From the NCBI RefSeq assembly GCF_009856865.1, contig NZ_WVUD01000008.1, positions 67,499 to 131,498 on the forward strand: a DNA stretch of 64,000 bases. Reading direction: 5' to 3'. The DNA comes from Solidesulfovibrio aerotolerans (GTDB taxonomy: Bacteria; Desulfobacterota; Desulfovibrionia; Desulfovibrionales; Desulfovibrionaceae). Below the pieces are notes generated by a model that made no database searches, was not told where the DNA came from, and worked only from the letters and a program-made list of their open reading frames with translations. Shown piece by piece: positions 1 to 9,687 of the stretch (within the stretch, counting starts at the first letter, position 1; every line of letters starts with the position of its first letter). The position numbers were made by a program, and so were the translations under genes.

Positions 1-1
1 C

Positions 2-130
2 AGTTATACGGTGTCGCACATCGTTGACAAGGAGCGCATTCGGGCGACGTTGCGCGACGGGGTGCTGGAATTGCATCTGCCTCGTCTGGAAAGGGTCCAA
101 GCGCGCAAAATCGACATTCAGGCCGGCTGA
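2..130 (+). CDS. Hsp20/alpha-crystallin small heat-shock protein, C-terminal fragment (5' end outside window)
   Basis: Frame 2 reads ...VDKERIRATLRDGVLELHLPRLERVQARKIDIQAG* ending at TGA 128-130. This is the typical Hsp20 C-terminal beta-strand and IXI-like tail. Confidence 0.6.
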   Translation, partial: SYTVSHIVDKERIRATLRDGVLELHLPRLERVQARKIDIQAG

Positions 131-226
131 AGCAAGGGGCCAACCGCCTAAGAGCGACATTGAGGCCGGCTGCAGCCGCCGCGCAAGACTCTACGGGAAT
201 CCGACTGGAAAGCGGTCGGCGATTGA

Positions 227-259
227 GCCGGGATGCGTAGGACGCATCCCGGCTTTTTT
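227..259 (+). terminator. Rho-independent terminator (GGGATGCGT-AGG-ACGCATCCC followed by a T-run)
   Basis: Perfect 9-bp stem with a 3-nt loop, followed by GGCTTTTTTC. Confidence 0.5.
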
Positions 260-476
260 CGTGTCACGTTTTTGAAAAACAGCAGCCGGCGTCTGAAAAC
301 GGCTGCTCGTGGTGCATTTCAAAAGTGTAATGCAAGGATCGAGAGCAAAAGGGCTGTTGTGTCTGTGCCGTAGTCGTGGTTCCTGCGTTGGCGCATGGTG
401 ACTTTGCAATTGACAAAAAGGAGAAAGAACTGAAAGGCTCACGAGATTCACAAGCAATTGCCACGAAGGAGACTGC

Positions 477-875
477 ATGGACGACCATTTGAAAAGCGCA
501 CTGGAAATTGTCAAAGCCCAGGCTTCGGTGCGCACAATGACTCATGAGGAAATTTCTTCCATGGTGCGCTGTCTGGCCGCCGGTATCCGCGCCATCAGCC
601 TCGGCCTGACTGAGGCTGACGACGCGACCGCCGTGGCGATGGACCCTAAAAAAGCGGTGAAGGAAAAATCCATCACCTGCCTGGAATGCGCCAAGACATT
701 TAAGGTCATCACGAAAAAGCATCTGGCCACCCATGGGTTGACCCCGGAGTCGTACAAGGCCAAGCACGGGTTTAAAAAGACCATGCCCCTGGTGTGCAAG
801 TCCTTGCAGCGGGAGCGGCGCAAAAAGATGCAGGATATGCGCCTGTGGGAGAAGAAGGGGAAAGTTGTGGCCTAA
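477..875 (+). CDS. mucR: Ros/MucR family transcriptional regulator (C2H2-like zinc finger)
   Basis: 132 aa. ITCLECAKTFKVITKKHLATHGLTPESYKAKHG matches the Ros/MucR zinc-finger signature. RBS AAGGAG is 8 nt upstream of the ATG. Confidence 0.8.
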   Translation: MDDHLKSALEIVKAQASVRTMTHEEISSMVRCLAAGIRAISLGLTEADDATAVAMDPKKAVKEKSITCLECAKTFKVITKKHLATHGLTPESYKAKHGFKKTMPLVCKSLQRERRKKMQDMRLWEKKGKVVA

Positions 876-993
876 TGGGGCGATTTTCGGTATGAGGGCA
901 ACGAATATGCGAATCGGTCGCACCGTTTTCTGCCTGAGGCCCTGGTGTCCCCCGCAGGAGTTGGCGCGCCAACGATAAGGAGATCGCACGCAC

Positions 994-1269
994 ATGGCTA
1001 AAACCGACATCATCGCCAAGATCCAGGCCAATGCCGCCATCGCCACCAAGGCCGAAGCCGGCAAGGTTCTCGACGCCGTCCTGGCCGCCATCCAGGAGTC
1101 CCTGGCCGGGGGCGAGGCCCTTACCCTGACCGGGTTTGGCACCTTCAAGGTGTCCGAGCGGGCGGCCCGTACCGGCCGTGACCCCCGCACCGGCAATCCC
1201 ATTGATATCCCTGCTTCCAAGGCCGTGCGCTTTACCCCGGGCAAGACCCTCAAGGATGCCGTGAAGTAA
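994..1269 (+). CDS. hup: Histone-like DNA-binding protein HU
   Basis: 91 aa. MAKTDIIAKI...GFGTFKVSERAARTGRDPRTGNPIDIPASKAVRFTPGK is canonical HU/IHF. RBS AAGGAG precedes the ATG and a terminator follows. Confidence 0.9.
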   Translation: MAKTDIIAKIQANAAIATKAEAGKVLDAVLAAIQESLAGGEALTLTGFGTFKVSERAARTGRDPRTGNPIDIPASKAVRFTPGKTLKDAVK

Positions 1270-1289
1270 GTTTTTTTGCAGCCGCATGC

Positions 1290-1322
1290 AAAAAAGGCCG
1301 TGAGCGATCACGGCCTTTTTTT
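1290..1322. terminator. Bidirectional rho-independent terminator (A6-GGCCGTGA-loop-TCACGGCC-T7)
   Basis: 8-bp GC-rich stem flanked by an A-run and a T-run. It lies between convergent hup (+) and the DUF296 gene (-). Confidence 0.65.
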
Positions 1323-1512
1323 GTGGCTGGAGGCGCTGCCCGCGTACCGGGAGTGCGGCGCTTCCCGGGCTGCGCTCCCGGCGACGGCCCCAGCGTGACG
1401 GCCCAGAGCGGCGGCCCAGGGTGACGGCGCGAGAGGACGGGCCAAGAGCGTCTCTCCGAGAGCGACGGCCCCGGAGCGGCGGCCAGGGCCGCGGCCCAAG
1501 TGCGGCAGCGTC

Positions 1513-1962
1513 TCAGCTTACAGCCCGGCCGAGCAGCTCGAACCCGGTTTCCGGGTCTTTGGCCCGGGCCAGATCCAGGCCGGTCATCTCGATGACCACC
1601 ACCTCGAAGATCTTCCAGACATCGAGCCCGGGGCGTACACAGCCGGTGCGGGTTTCGCCGGCCCGGCCAAGGGCCGCGTGCATGTGCAGGCGCGGTGCGC
1701 CGTCGGCCCCGGGAAAAATCGTGCCCACGGCCGCGGCCTCGTGCACGGCGTCAATGGCCGTCAGCATGGCTGTCGGCGGCATGGTCGTGGCGTCCTGCGG
1801 CCCGGTGACCAGCCGGCCGTTTTCCACGCCGCCCAAGGCGGCCACGAGCGCCGAAGACACGCCGCGCGTGCGGGCAAACTCCTCAATGGCGTCCGGGATG
1901 CGGTCCCCGTCGCCCAGCCGCAAGACAAACACCCGGCCGAGCCGGCCTTCGGAAACGATCAT
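1513..1962 (-). CDS. PPC/DUF296-domain protein (predicted DNA-binding protein with PD1-like motif)
   Basis: 149 aa, MIVSEGRLGRVFVLRLGDGDRIPDAIEEFA...PRLHMHAALG. The ATG at 1962 has a GAGGA RBS 5 nt upstream. Family assignment is from memory of DUF296 proteins. Confidence 0.55.
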   Translation of the reverse strand: MIVSEGRLGRVFVLRLGDGDRIPDAIEEFARTRGVSSALVAALGGVENGRLVTGPQDATTMPPTAMLTAIDAVHEAAAVGTIFPGADGAPRLHMHAALGRAGETRTGCVRPGLDVWKIFEVVVIEMTGLDLARAKDPETGFELLGRAVS

Positions 1963-2052
1963 GGCGTCCTCGCTTTGGCAGTCTGCCGCGCCAGGGACAA
2001 CGGGGGGCGCGGTGTCGCCGGCCCCGGCCGCCAGCCCTTACCGGCGCAGCCT

Positions 2053-2095
2053 TTAAAAAAAAGGGGAACCGGACGCGCAGCCCGATTCCCCTGAC
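2053..2095 (-). terminator. Rho-independent terminator downstream of roo
   Basis: On the minus strand: GGGGAATCGG...CCGGTTCCCC followed by T8. It lies just 3' of the roo stop codon. Confidence 0.5.
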
Positions 2096-2115
2096 AGTCG
2101 GTGACAGGAGGCGCG

Positions 2116-3321
2116 TTAGCCGAGCTTGTCGGCCACGAGCTTGCCGATGGTGCGGCCCATTTCCGTGCAGGCAGCCAGTTGTTCGTGGGTGGGCACGTAG
2201 AGCAGGCGCACCGGCGCAACAGGCATTTCCATGCCCATGTCGGTCAGCCAGGCGGCAATGTCCTTGGCGGCCTCGCCGCTCCAGCCATAGGAGCCAAAGG
2301 CCCCGCCGATCTTGCCCTTGGGCTTTAAGCCCTTCATGTAGGTCAGCATGTCCGCCACTTTGGGCAGCATGCCGTTGTTGTGGGTGGCGGAACCCACAAA
2401 GACCGCAGCCGCGTCCCAGACCTCTTCCATGACATCGGAATGGTCAAACATATGCAGATTCATGAGCTTGACCGTCAGGCCCTGCTCCATGAGGCCGGAG
2501 GCAATGGCGTGGGCCATGCGCTCGGTGGAATGCCACATGGTGTCAAAGACCAGCACGGCTTTTTTCTTCTGCTTCTGGGCGGCCAGTTCCTTGTAGCGTT
2601 CGATCACCCAGGCCACATCCTCGGGCGTGCGAAACATCAGGCCGTGGTCCGGGCAGACAAACCGGACATCCAGGCCCATGGTCTCGATGGTCTCGATGGT
2701 CTTTTGGGCGATGGGGCTAAAGGGCAGGACGATGTTGGCGAAGTAGCGGTCGAGCTGCTTGCCCAGCAGGCTGCGATTGACTTCGTCGGCAAAGCGTTCG
2801 CTGGTGGCCCAGTTCTGTCCAAAGGCGTCGGAGGAGATGAGCACGCCGTCTTCGGGGATAAACGTGGCCATGTTGTCGGGCCAGTGGAGCATGCGGGTCT
2901 CCAGGAACTGGAGGGTGCGCTTGCCCAGCGACACGGTGGAGCCGGTCTTGACCACTTCGATGGGCCAGTCGGCGCAATCGAAATGGGCGCGAAGGGCCCG
3001 CTCGCCCATGGGCGAGGTAAAGATCTTTTCGGGTTTGGTGCGGGCCACCAGTTCGGGCAGCGCGCCCGAGTGGTCCATCTCCACATGGTTGACGATGAGG
3101 TAATCGACCTCTTCGGGTTTGACCACATGGGCCAGACGGCACAGCATTTCGCTGCCGTGGCCGGCCTTGACCGAGTCGAACAGGGCGACTTTTTCGTCTT
3201 TGATCAAAAAGGCGTTGTAGGTTGTCCCGGTGGGGGCGGTCATGTAGCCGTGAAAATCACGGCAATCCCAATCGACGACCCCGACCCAGTAGACATCCTT
3301 GCATATTTCAACAGGGTGCAT
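2116..3321 (-). CDS. roo: Rubredoxin:oxygen oxidoreductase / flavodiiron protein (metallo-beta-lactamase plus flavodoxin domains)
   Basis: MHPVEICKDVYWVGVVDWDCRDFHGY...HVEMDHSGALPEL is the diiron site, and the C-terminal flavodoxin fold has AVLVFDTMWHSTE...GSATHNNGMLP. The internal ATG at 3321 was chosen because of its GAGGA RBS and the typical FDP N-terminus. The longer ORF-track start is rejected. Confidence 0.85.
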   Translation of the reverse strand: MHPVEICKDVYWVGVVDWDCRDFHGYMTAPTGTTYNAFLIKDEKVALFDSVKAGHGSEMLCRLAHVVKPEEVDYLIVNHVEMDHSGALPELVARTKPEKIFTSPMGERALRAHFDCADWPIEVVKTGSTVSLGKRTLQFLETRMLHWPDNMATFIPEDGVLISSDAFGQNWATSERFADEVNRSLLGKQLDRYFANIVLPFSPIAQKTIETIETMGLDVRFVCPDHGLMFRTPEDVAWVIERYKELAAQKQKKKAVLVFDTMWHSTERMAHAIASGLMEQGLTVKLMNLHMFDHSDVMEEVWDAAAVFVGSATHNNGMLPKVADMLTYMKGLKPKGKIGGAFGSYGWSGEAAKDIAAWLTDMGMEMPVAPVRLLYVPTHEQLAACTEMGRTIGKLVADKLG

Positions 3322-3365
3322 GGAAATCCTCAAAGTGTCGCCCGGAGAGCGGCGGATGAAACGGG

Positions 3366-3524
3366 TTAGACTTTGTTGAATTCGCTTTTGGGCGCGCCGC
3401 ACACCGGGCAGACCCAGTCTTCGGCCACGTCTTCGAACTTGGTGCCGGGGGCCACGTTGTTGTCCGGGTCGCCGGCGGCGGGGTCATACACATAGCCACA
3501 GATGCTGCATTCGTATTTGTCCAT
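3366..3524 (-). CDS. rd: Rubredoxin (52 aa)
   Basis: The ORF track missed it because it is under 60 aa. The reverse-complement translation is [52 protein letters not shown]. Two CxxCG knuckles are present. It lies directly upstream of roo, as in the D. gigas rd-roo operon. Confidence 0.85.
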   Translation of the reverse strand: MDKYECSICGYVYDPAAGDPDNNVAPGTKFEDVAEDWVCPVCGAPKSEFNKV

Positions 3525-3789
3525 GATGCTGCTGCTCCATTGCTTAAGGTTGGCTGGCTTGGCGATCCTTATTTGCCCTCAGCGCCGGGTTGCCCGGGGC
3601 ACCCTTGCCTGAGCGGCAACAAGGTCATCTTCCATCAACGCAACAGCGGCCATCTGACGACAGCCGGGGCACGCCACGGAATCGGCCTCGCCGACAGGAG
3701 GCGCGGGGTAAAATTACCGCGCGCGCACGCCTAAGTCTATCCTTTAGTTTGCACCGAATTGTCAAGACCGGCCCTGCGCCCGGGAACGC

Positions 3790-5805
3790 TTACTCCTGCC
3801 GGAACTGCTCCACCAGCCGGGCCAGATGGTTGGCCATGGTGCGCACTTCGTGGATGCGCTCCCCGGTTTCGGCAATGCGGCTGGTCAGATCCTGGGAAAG
3901 TTCGTTGATATGGGCCACGCTGCCGGCGACTTCCTCGCTGGTGGCAGACTGCTGCTCCGAGGCCGTGGCGATGTTTCGCACCATATCGGCGATGCGGTTG
4001 GCCTGATCGACGATGCGCCCGAGCACCTGCCCCGAGCCTTCGGCCATGTCGGCCGTGCGCTCCACCCGGGTTTTCGTCTCGTCCATCCCGGTCACCACCT
4101 GCCGGGTGCTGTCCTGGATTTCGCCCACAGCACAGGCCACCTCGGAGGTGGCGGTCATGGTTTTTTCGGCCAGTTTGCGCACTTCATCGGCCACAACGGC
4201 AAACCCGCGCCCGGCCTCGCCGGCCCGGGCGGCCTCGATGGCTGCGTTTAAGGCCAGCAGATTGGTCTGGTCAGCGATATCTCCAATAACGGAAAGCACT
4301 TGTCCGATATTGGTGGCCCGGATTTGCAGTTGCCCCAGCGAGGCAGCCAGATCGGCGGTGCGTTTGGAAACCAACCGGGTTTCGGTGACGGTCTGGGCCA
4401 CTTCCCGGCCGCCGGCCTCGGCCTCCCGGGAGGCGTCGCCCGAGGCCCGGGCCGTGTCTCCGGCGTTGCGGGCCACTTCAATGACCGTGGCGTTCATCTC
4501 TTCCATGGCCGTGGCCACGCGGTCGGTTTCCCGGGCGGTATTGGCTACGCCGGTGGTCAGTTCCTCCATACGGGAGCTTAAAACGTCTGCGGCGCTGGAA
4601 AGCGCCTGGGCAACCGAGGTGACTTCGTCGGCCACGGCCAGCAGCTTGGCGCGCTGGGCCTTTATGTGGTCCTTGTCGGTCTCTTCCTGGGTCAGATCAA
4701 TAAGGACGCCGATGACGCCGACCACTTCGCCGGCGGCGTTTTTCAGCGGCGAAATTTCATAATGCAGGGGAAAGGTCTGGCCGTCAGCCCTCGTAAACCG
4801 GGTGAAGCCGCTGGTGCAATCGCCTGAGGACAGAACAGCGGCGCAGCCAGAGCGGCCGTCCTCGCGCAAAAAGCTCTCGACCACGGGCTGGCCGAGCATG
4901 GCCTGGGCCGATTTGCCGAGGATGGTGGTCAGCGGCGTGTTGACGAACTCAAAGCAGCGCTGCCGGTCGGCCACGAAGATGGGGATGATGACGCCGTTTA
5001 AGATGCCCCGGTTGTATTCAAGCTGGTCCTTCATGGCCCCGACCATGGTGGAGAGGTTGCCGGCCAGGGAGGCGATCTCGTCTTTGCCCGGATCGTTAAA
5101 GGTGAGATCCAACGAGCCTTGGGCTATTTTGGCCGACAGGGCGGCGATGGTTTTCACCCGGCCGACCACGGCATATTTCATAAAAAGGAGCAGGGCGGCC
5201 AGCAGGGCAACACCCCCGCCCACCGACAGTCCGGCCGCCTTGTACTGGTCGGCGGCCAACCGGCCCATTTCCGGGGCGATATCCTGGACCACCACCATGG
5301 CCCCGAGGATGGGCTTGGCAGCCCCGTGGCAGTGGTGGCAATCGGGTTCGTTGCGGATGGAAGTGACGGCCACAAAGGAGGGCGTGCCGGCCCAGGTGAG
5401 AATCTCGCCGCCGTGGAAGTCCCCGGCCAGGGCCTTTTTGACCAGCCTGGGCACGGCCGGGTCTGTGGCGGTGCGGTCGATGTCCTGGCGCACGGCCCCG
5501 GTCTCGGTGGCATAGGTCACGTTGCCGCTATAATCCGTTAAAAAGACCCGGATATCTTTGTGGGTAGCGGCCACCTTGGCAAATTGCGCCTTGGTTTCGG
5601 TGTTTTTGCCAAGCCGCATGGGTTCTTCGATGGCCAGGCGCAAGATGTTGCTGGAACGCGTGGCCGCCCGGTCGATCTGGTCCACCGCTCCCTGGCGCTG
5701 CCAGTGGGAGTTGGCCAGAAACAGACCGGCGAAGGCCAGGACGGTCAGCCCCGAAACAAGCAGCAGCACCTTGATTCCCAGCGATCGCGCAACCACATTC
5801 ATCAT
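3790..5805 (-). CDS. dcrA: Methyl-accepting chemotaxis protein with a periplasmic c-type heme site (DcrA-like redox/oxygen sensor)
   Basis: Order is TM1, a periplasmic domain of about 150 aa containing CHHCH (CxxCH heme c motif, coordinates 5326-5340), TM2, HAMP, PAS-like region, then an MA signalling domain ([31 protein letters not shown]). Start taken at [10 protein letters not shown] (5805), which has a GGAGG RBS. Homology to D. vulgaris DcrA is inferred from the CHHCH periplasmic motif. Confidence 0.8.
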   Translation of the reverse strand: MMNVVARSLGIKVLLLVSGLTVLAFAGLFLANSHWQRQGAVDQIDRAATRSSNILRLAIEEPMRLGKNTETKAQFAKVAATHKDIRVFLTDYSGNVTYATETGAVRQDIDRTATDPAVPRLVKKALAGDFHGGEILTWAGTPSFVAVTSIRNEPDCHHCHGAAKPILGAMVVVQDIAPEMGRLAADQYKAAGLSVGGGVALLAALLLFMKYAVVGRVKTIAALSAKIAQGSLDLTFNDPGKDEIASLAGNLSTMVGAMKDQLEYNRGILNGVIIPIFVADRQRCFEFVNTPLTTILGKSAQAMLGQPVVESFLREDGRSGCAAVLSSGDCTSGFTRFTRADGQTFPLHYEISPLKNAAGEVVGVIGVLIDLTQEETDKDHIKAQRAKLLAVADEVTSVAQALSSAADVLSSRMEELTTGVANTARETDRVATAMEEMNATVIEVARNAGDTARASGDASREAEAGGREVAQTVTETRLVSKRTADLAASLGQLQIRATNIGQVLSVIGDIADQTNLLALNAAIEAARAGEAGRGFAVVADEVRKLAEKTMTATSEVACAVGEIQDSTRQVVTGMDETKTRVERTADMAEGSGQVLGRIVDQANRIADMVRNIATASEQQSATSEEVAGSVAHINELSQDLTSRIAETGERIHEVRTMANHLARLVEQFRQE
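5326..5340 (-). other. CHHCH heme-c attachment motif inside the MCP periplasmic sensor
   Basis: Reverse complement tgccaccactgccac encodes C-H-H-C-H. Confidence 0.7.
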
Positions 5806-5909
5806 GGCCTCCTCGGTAGGGTGGCCCGGAACATTGCACAGATGCAATTCCAGGCGGTACTCGCAACAGCCCTTCCGCCCGGCCAGCTTCCCGGCCGGGC
5901 GGGGTGGCC

Positions 5910-6401
5910 CTAGTGCGCTCCGGCAAAGAGCATGGGCTTGAAGTTAAACGTGCGCACCCGTTCGGCGCTGTGGCAGCCCTCGCACTGGCGCATGGCCAGC
6001 TTGGCCTGGATCAGCTTGGGATCACCGCCGGCATCGGCGTGGGCGGCACCTGGGCCGTGGCAGACTTCGCAGCCGGCGTCGGCCATTTCCGGGGTCTTTT
6101 CAAAGCTGACAAAGCCGCCGGGCTTGCCGTAGCCGGTGGTGTGGCAGGCAAAGCAACTGGCAAGTTCCTCGGGCGTGAGCTTGGGGGCCATGATCTTGAC
6201 GGATTGGGAGGAGTGGGACTTTTTGGAATATCGGGAAAACGATTCGTATTGCTTGGGATGGCAGTCCATGCAGACTTTGGAGCCGACATAGGTGCCCGAC
6301 GGTTCGTCTGCGGCGGCCGCTGGCGCTGTTGCCATGCCAATGGCGCAGGCGCAAAGACCTGCCGCAAGCAATGCCTTAAACCTAGCACGCCAACGGACCA
6401 T
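5910..6401 (-). CDS. Periplasmic tetraheme cytochrome c (c554-like multiheme family)
   Basis: Signal peptide [32 protein letters not shown]. Four CxxCH motifs are present (CMDCH, CFACH, CEVCH, CEGCH). Start at 6401 has a GAGGAG RBS. Confidence 0.75.
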   Translation of the reverse strand: MVRWRARFKALLAAGLCACAIGMATAPAAAADEPSGTYVGSKVCMDCHPKQYESFSRYSKKSHSSQSVKIMAPKLTPEELASCFACHTTGYGKPGGFVSFEKTPEMADAGCEVCHGPGAAHADAGGDPKLIQAKLAMRQCEGCHSAERVRTFNFKPMLFAGAH

Positions 6402-6435
6402 GTCGGTCTCCTCGGTTACGTGTGTTGAGAAATTG

Positions 6436-6448
6436 GTTACTTTGTAAC
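6436..6448. promoter_or_regulatory. Perfect palindrome GTTAC-TTT-GTAAC in the promoter region of the tetraheme cytochrome gene
   Basis: It lies 35-47 nt upstream of the ATG at 6401. The minus-strand context is TTGCAA-N16-TTACAA, which is sigma70-like. Possible operator. Confidence 0.3.
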
Positions 6449-6565
6449 ACAATCTATTCAGGGTTGCAATATGGATAGTCGAATTGCCGCAAAAGTCATT
6501 CTGCGTAATGGTTCCGTGTCTCTTGGTTGCACCAAGTCTGGCCTGTCCGGCGCACTGGGCGCAAC

Positions 6566-6600
6566 AAAAACGCCGGAGGGAAAGTTCCCCCCGGCGTTTG
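6566..6600 (-). terminator. Rho-independent terminator downstream of purL
   Basis: AACGCCGGAGGG-aaagtt-CCCCCCGGCGTT hairpin. On the minus strand it is followed by TTTTTGTTG. Confidence 0.55.
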
Positions 6601-6632
6601 GACAGGTTCTGGACGGGCGTAGGGCGGCGCGG

Positions 6633-9629
6633 CTACCAGTTCAGCGTTGCCTTAAAGGCCTGGGCCAGCGCTTCGGCGGGTTCGTCGCAAAGGACGACGC
6701 TGCCCCGGCGCAGGGTCAGCGCAGGGGACTGGGTTACGCTGCCGAGCCGGCCTATGGGCTGGCCGGTAAACAGCGTCTCGAAGGCGGCCGCATGTTGCGG
6801 GGAAACCGCCACCACAAGCCGGCTCTGGGATTCGCTGTAGAGCAGTTCCAGATCGGTCAGGCGTGCGGCCCCGGGCGCGGCGTTGCAGTCCAGCTCGGCT
6901 CCAAGGCGGCCGCCGATGGCCATTTCGGCCAGGGCCACGGCCAGACCGCCGTCGGAGCAGTCGTGGCAGGCGCTTACCAGTCCGGCCTGGATGGCGGCGA
7001 AAAGGGTTTTATAGCGGCGTCGGGCCGAGACGGCCTCGACCTGCGGCACATCCGGCGACGTGAAACCCAGCTCGTCGGCCAGTTCCGAAGCGCCGAGTTC
7101 GGCGGCTGTGGCCCCGAGGACATAGACCAGATCGCCGGGTTGTTTGAAATCCGAGGTCACGACCTTGGCCACGTCGGGCACGAAGCCCATGACCGAGAAA
7201 AGGACCGTGGGCGGAATCGAGATCTTGGCGCCGCCGCCGGAGTAGTCGTTTTTCATGGAGTCTTTGCCCGACACGCAGGGCGTCATAAACGCTCGGCAGA
7301 AATGGGCCAGGGCCTTGTTGGCCCGCACAAGCTGGGCCAGCTTGTAGCGGCCGTCCGGGGTCTTGGCCGACTCCACCGGATCGCACCAGCAGAAGTTGTC
7401 AACGCCGGCCAGACGGTCGGGATCGGCCCCCACGGCCACGGCCGAGCGCACCGCTTCGTCGATGGCGGCGGCCATCATCCAGTAGGCGTCAATGTCGGCA
7501 TAGCGCGGACAGATGCCGTGGGTGAGCGCCACGCCTTCGGAGCGCGACAGCACCGGGCGCAGCACGCCGCCATCGGACGGGCCGTCACGGCGCACGCCGC
7601 ACAGGGGCTTGACGGCCGAGCCGCCCTTGACCTCGTGGTCGTACTGGCGGACCACGTATTCCTTGCTGCAGATATTAAGCCGGCCGAGCATCGTTTTGAG
7701 CAGCGCGCCGTGGCCGCCGGCCGGCAGGACCGGTTCGGTGCGCGCGATAACCGGACGCTTCCAGGTGGCGGCAAGCGCCATGCGCGGCGTGCCGTTGTGC
7801 AGGAAGTCCATGTCGATGTAGGCCACCGTGCGCTGGCCGTAATAGACACGCAGATAGCCGGAATTGGTATAGTTGCCCAGTTCCGTGGCTTCGACGCCCA
7901 TTTCCTTGGCCAGGGCCATGAATTCGGCGAACTTGTCCGGCGGCACGGCCAGGGTCATGCGCTCCTGGGCCTCGGAGGTGAAAATCTCCCAGGGAACCAG
8001 CCCATCGTATTTGAGCGGCACCCTATCGAGGTAGAGTTCGCAGCCGCCGGCGTCCTGGGCCATTTCACCCACCGAGCTGGACAGGCCGCCGGCCCCGTTG
8101 TCGGTGATGGCGTTATACAGGCCCAAATCCCTGGCGCGCATGAGGCAGTCGTACATGCGGCGCTGGGTGATGGGGTCGCCGATCTGCACGGCGGTTGCCG
8201 GCGAGCCTTCGTGCAGCTCTTCCGAGGAAAAGGTCGCGCCGTGGATGCCGTCCTTGCCGACCCGGCCGCCGACCATGACGATGTAGTCGCCGGGCAGGGC
8301 CTTTTTGTAATGGCTCGGTTTGCCGTTGATAACGGCCGGCAGCATGCCGACGGTGCCGCAAAAGACCAGCGGCTTGCCGAGATAGCGTTCATCAAAAACG
8401 ATGGAGCCGTTGACGGTCGGCACGCCGGACTTGTTGCCGCCGTGCTCAACACCCTCGCGAACGCCTTCCAGCACCCGGCGGGGGTGGAGCAGGCGCGGCG
8501 GCAGTTGGCCCTTAAAAAAGGGCGAGGCAAAGCAGAAGACGTCGGTGTTGCAGAGCAGATTGGCACCGATGCCTGTGCCCATGGGGTCGCGGTTCACCCC
8601 CACGATGCCGGTCAGGGCGCCGCCGTACGGGTCCAGCGCCGAGGGGCTGTTGTGGGTCTCGACCTTGATGCACAAATTGAGTTCTTCGGTGAATCGCACC
8701 ACACCGGCGTTGTCGGAAAAGACCGACAGGCAGAAGTCGCGTTCGCCCAGGGCAGCCCGGATGTCGGCGGTGGACCGCTGGATGTAGGATTTGTACAGGC
8801 TGACGATGTCTTCCTCGGTGCCTGCTTCCTCGTCGCGGTAGGTGATGGCTGCGCTAAAAATCTTGTGCTTGCAGTGCTCGGACCAGGTCTGGGCCAGACA
8901 CTCGAGCTCCACGTCGGTGGGGTTGTGGATAAGCCCCCAGGACACCCGGCGCAGTTTAAAGCCCGGCAGGCCGAAATAGCCCCGGATGGCCCACCACTCG
9001 TCCAGGGACAGGGCGAGCGTGCGCTCGTTGCTTAGGGCCTGCATCTGCTCTTCGGTCATATTGAACAGGTCGGGCACGGTGACGGTGGAGTCGGCCTTGC
9101 CGGTGACCTTGGCCGCCCGGGCCGGGAAACCCGGAACGGCTGCCCATTCGTCGCGGGATTTGATCTCGTGGCGCTGAAGCAGATCGTTGGCCAGCAGATC
9201 CAGGGCGACGTGGGCGGCGCTGTCCCGGTCGGGCAGGCCGCAGATGTGATATTGGACGGCGGTGTAGACGGCCAGCTCTTTCCTGCGGGCGTCGTCGAGC
9301 CCAAGGGCCAGGGCAATGGCTTCCTTGGCGGTGCGGGCCTCGTTGTCGGTGACGCCGGGGCGGAAACCCACCTCGATGACCCAGTCGGCCGGGTCGCCCT
9401 GGGGCGTAAGCGGCGCAGCGGATGCGGTCTGGACCACGACGTCATGGAGCACGCCGGCGTCGATGACGGCAGCTATTTCGGCGTCGGTCAGGCCGGCGAT
9501 GGTGAAAATTCGGATCATGGCGACGGCGGTCACCGGCAGATGCAATTCGTTTTGGATCTTGCCGGCCACGCGCTGGCCGACCACATCCCGGACGCTTGGG
9601 CGCAGGCCCACGGCGACGCGACTGAGCAT
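6633..9629 (-). CDS. purL: Phosphoribosylformylglycinamidine synthase, long form with N-terminal PurS-like domain (PurS-PurL fusion)
   Basis: 998 aa. The N-terminus MLSRVAVGLRPSVRDVVGQ resembles PurS. The AIR-synthase-related PurL core follows (GVGANLLCNTDVFCFASP, GIHGATFSSEELHEGS). GGAAGGA RBS precedes the start. Confidence 0.85.
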   Translation of the reverse strand: MLSRVAVGLRPSVRDVVGQRVAGKIQNELHLPVTAVAMIRIFTIAGLTDAEIAAVIDAGVLHDVVVQTASAAPLTPQGDPADWVIEVGFRPGVTDNEARTAKEAIALALGLDDARRKELAVYTAVQYHICGLPDRDSAAHVALDLLANDLLQRHEIKSRDEWAAVPGFPARAAKVTGKADSTVTVPDLFNMTEEQMQALSNERTLALSLDEWWAIRGYFGLPGFKLRRVSWGLIHNPTDVELECLAQTWSEHCKHKIFSAAITYRDEEAGTEEDIVSLYKSYIQRSTADIRAALGERDFCLSVFSDNAGVVRFTEELNLCIKVETHNSPSALDPYGGALTGIVGVNRDPMGTGIGANLLCNTDVFCFASPFFKGQLPPRLLHPRRVLEGVREGVEHGGNKSGVPTVNGSIVFDERYLGKPLVFCGTVGMLPAVINGKPSHYKKALPGDYIVMVGGRVGKDGIHGATFSSEELHEGSPATAVQIGDPITQRRMYDCLMRARDLGLYNAITDNGAGGLSSSVGEMAQDAGGCELYLDRVPLKYDGLVPWEIFTSEAQERMTLAVPPDKFAEFMALAKEMGVEATELGNYTNSGYLRVYYGQRTVAYIDMDFLHNGTPRMALAATWKRPVIARTEPVLPAGGHGALLKTMLGRLNICSKEYVVRQYDHEVKGGSAVKPLCGVRRDGPSDGGVLRPVLSRSEGVALTHGICPRYADIDAYWMMAAAIDEAVRSAVAVGADPDRLAGVDNFCWCDPVESAKTPDGRYKLAQLVRANKALAHFCRAFMTPCVSGKDSMKNDYSGGGAKISIPPTVLFSVMGFVPDVAKVVTSDFKQPGDLVYVLGATAAELGASELADELGFTSPDVPQVEAVSARRRYKTLFAAIQAGLVSACHDCSDGGLAVALAEMAIGGRLGAELDCNAAPGAARLTDLELLYSESQSRLVVAVSPQHAAAFETLFTGQPIGRLGSVTQSPALTLRRGSVVLCDEPAEALAQAFKATLNW

Positions 9630-9687
9630 GGCGTTCCTTCCGTTTTGAGGTCACAAGTGTGCGGGCACGCCGCCGGCAGGCGTCTTC

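Noticed and set aside
3322-3402. N-terminal extension of the roo ORF ([10 protein letters not shown]...)
   Set aside because: The internal ATG at 3321 has a GAGGA RBS and gives the canonical flavodiiron N-terminus. The extension would overlap the rubredoxin gene.
6471-9035. 854-aa ORF on the plus strand
   Set aside because: Lies entirely antisense to purL. The Gly/Ala/Arg-rich translation is typical of spurious antisense ORFs in high-GC DNA. No RBS.
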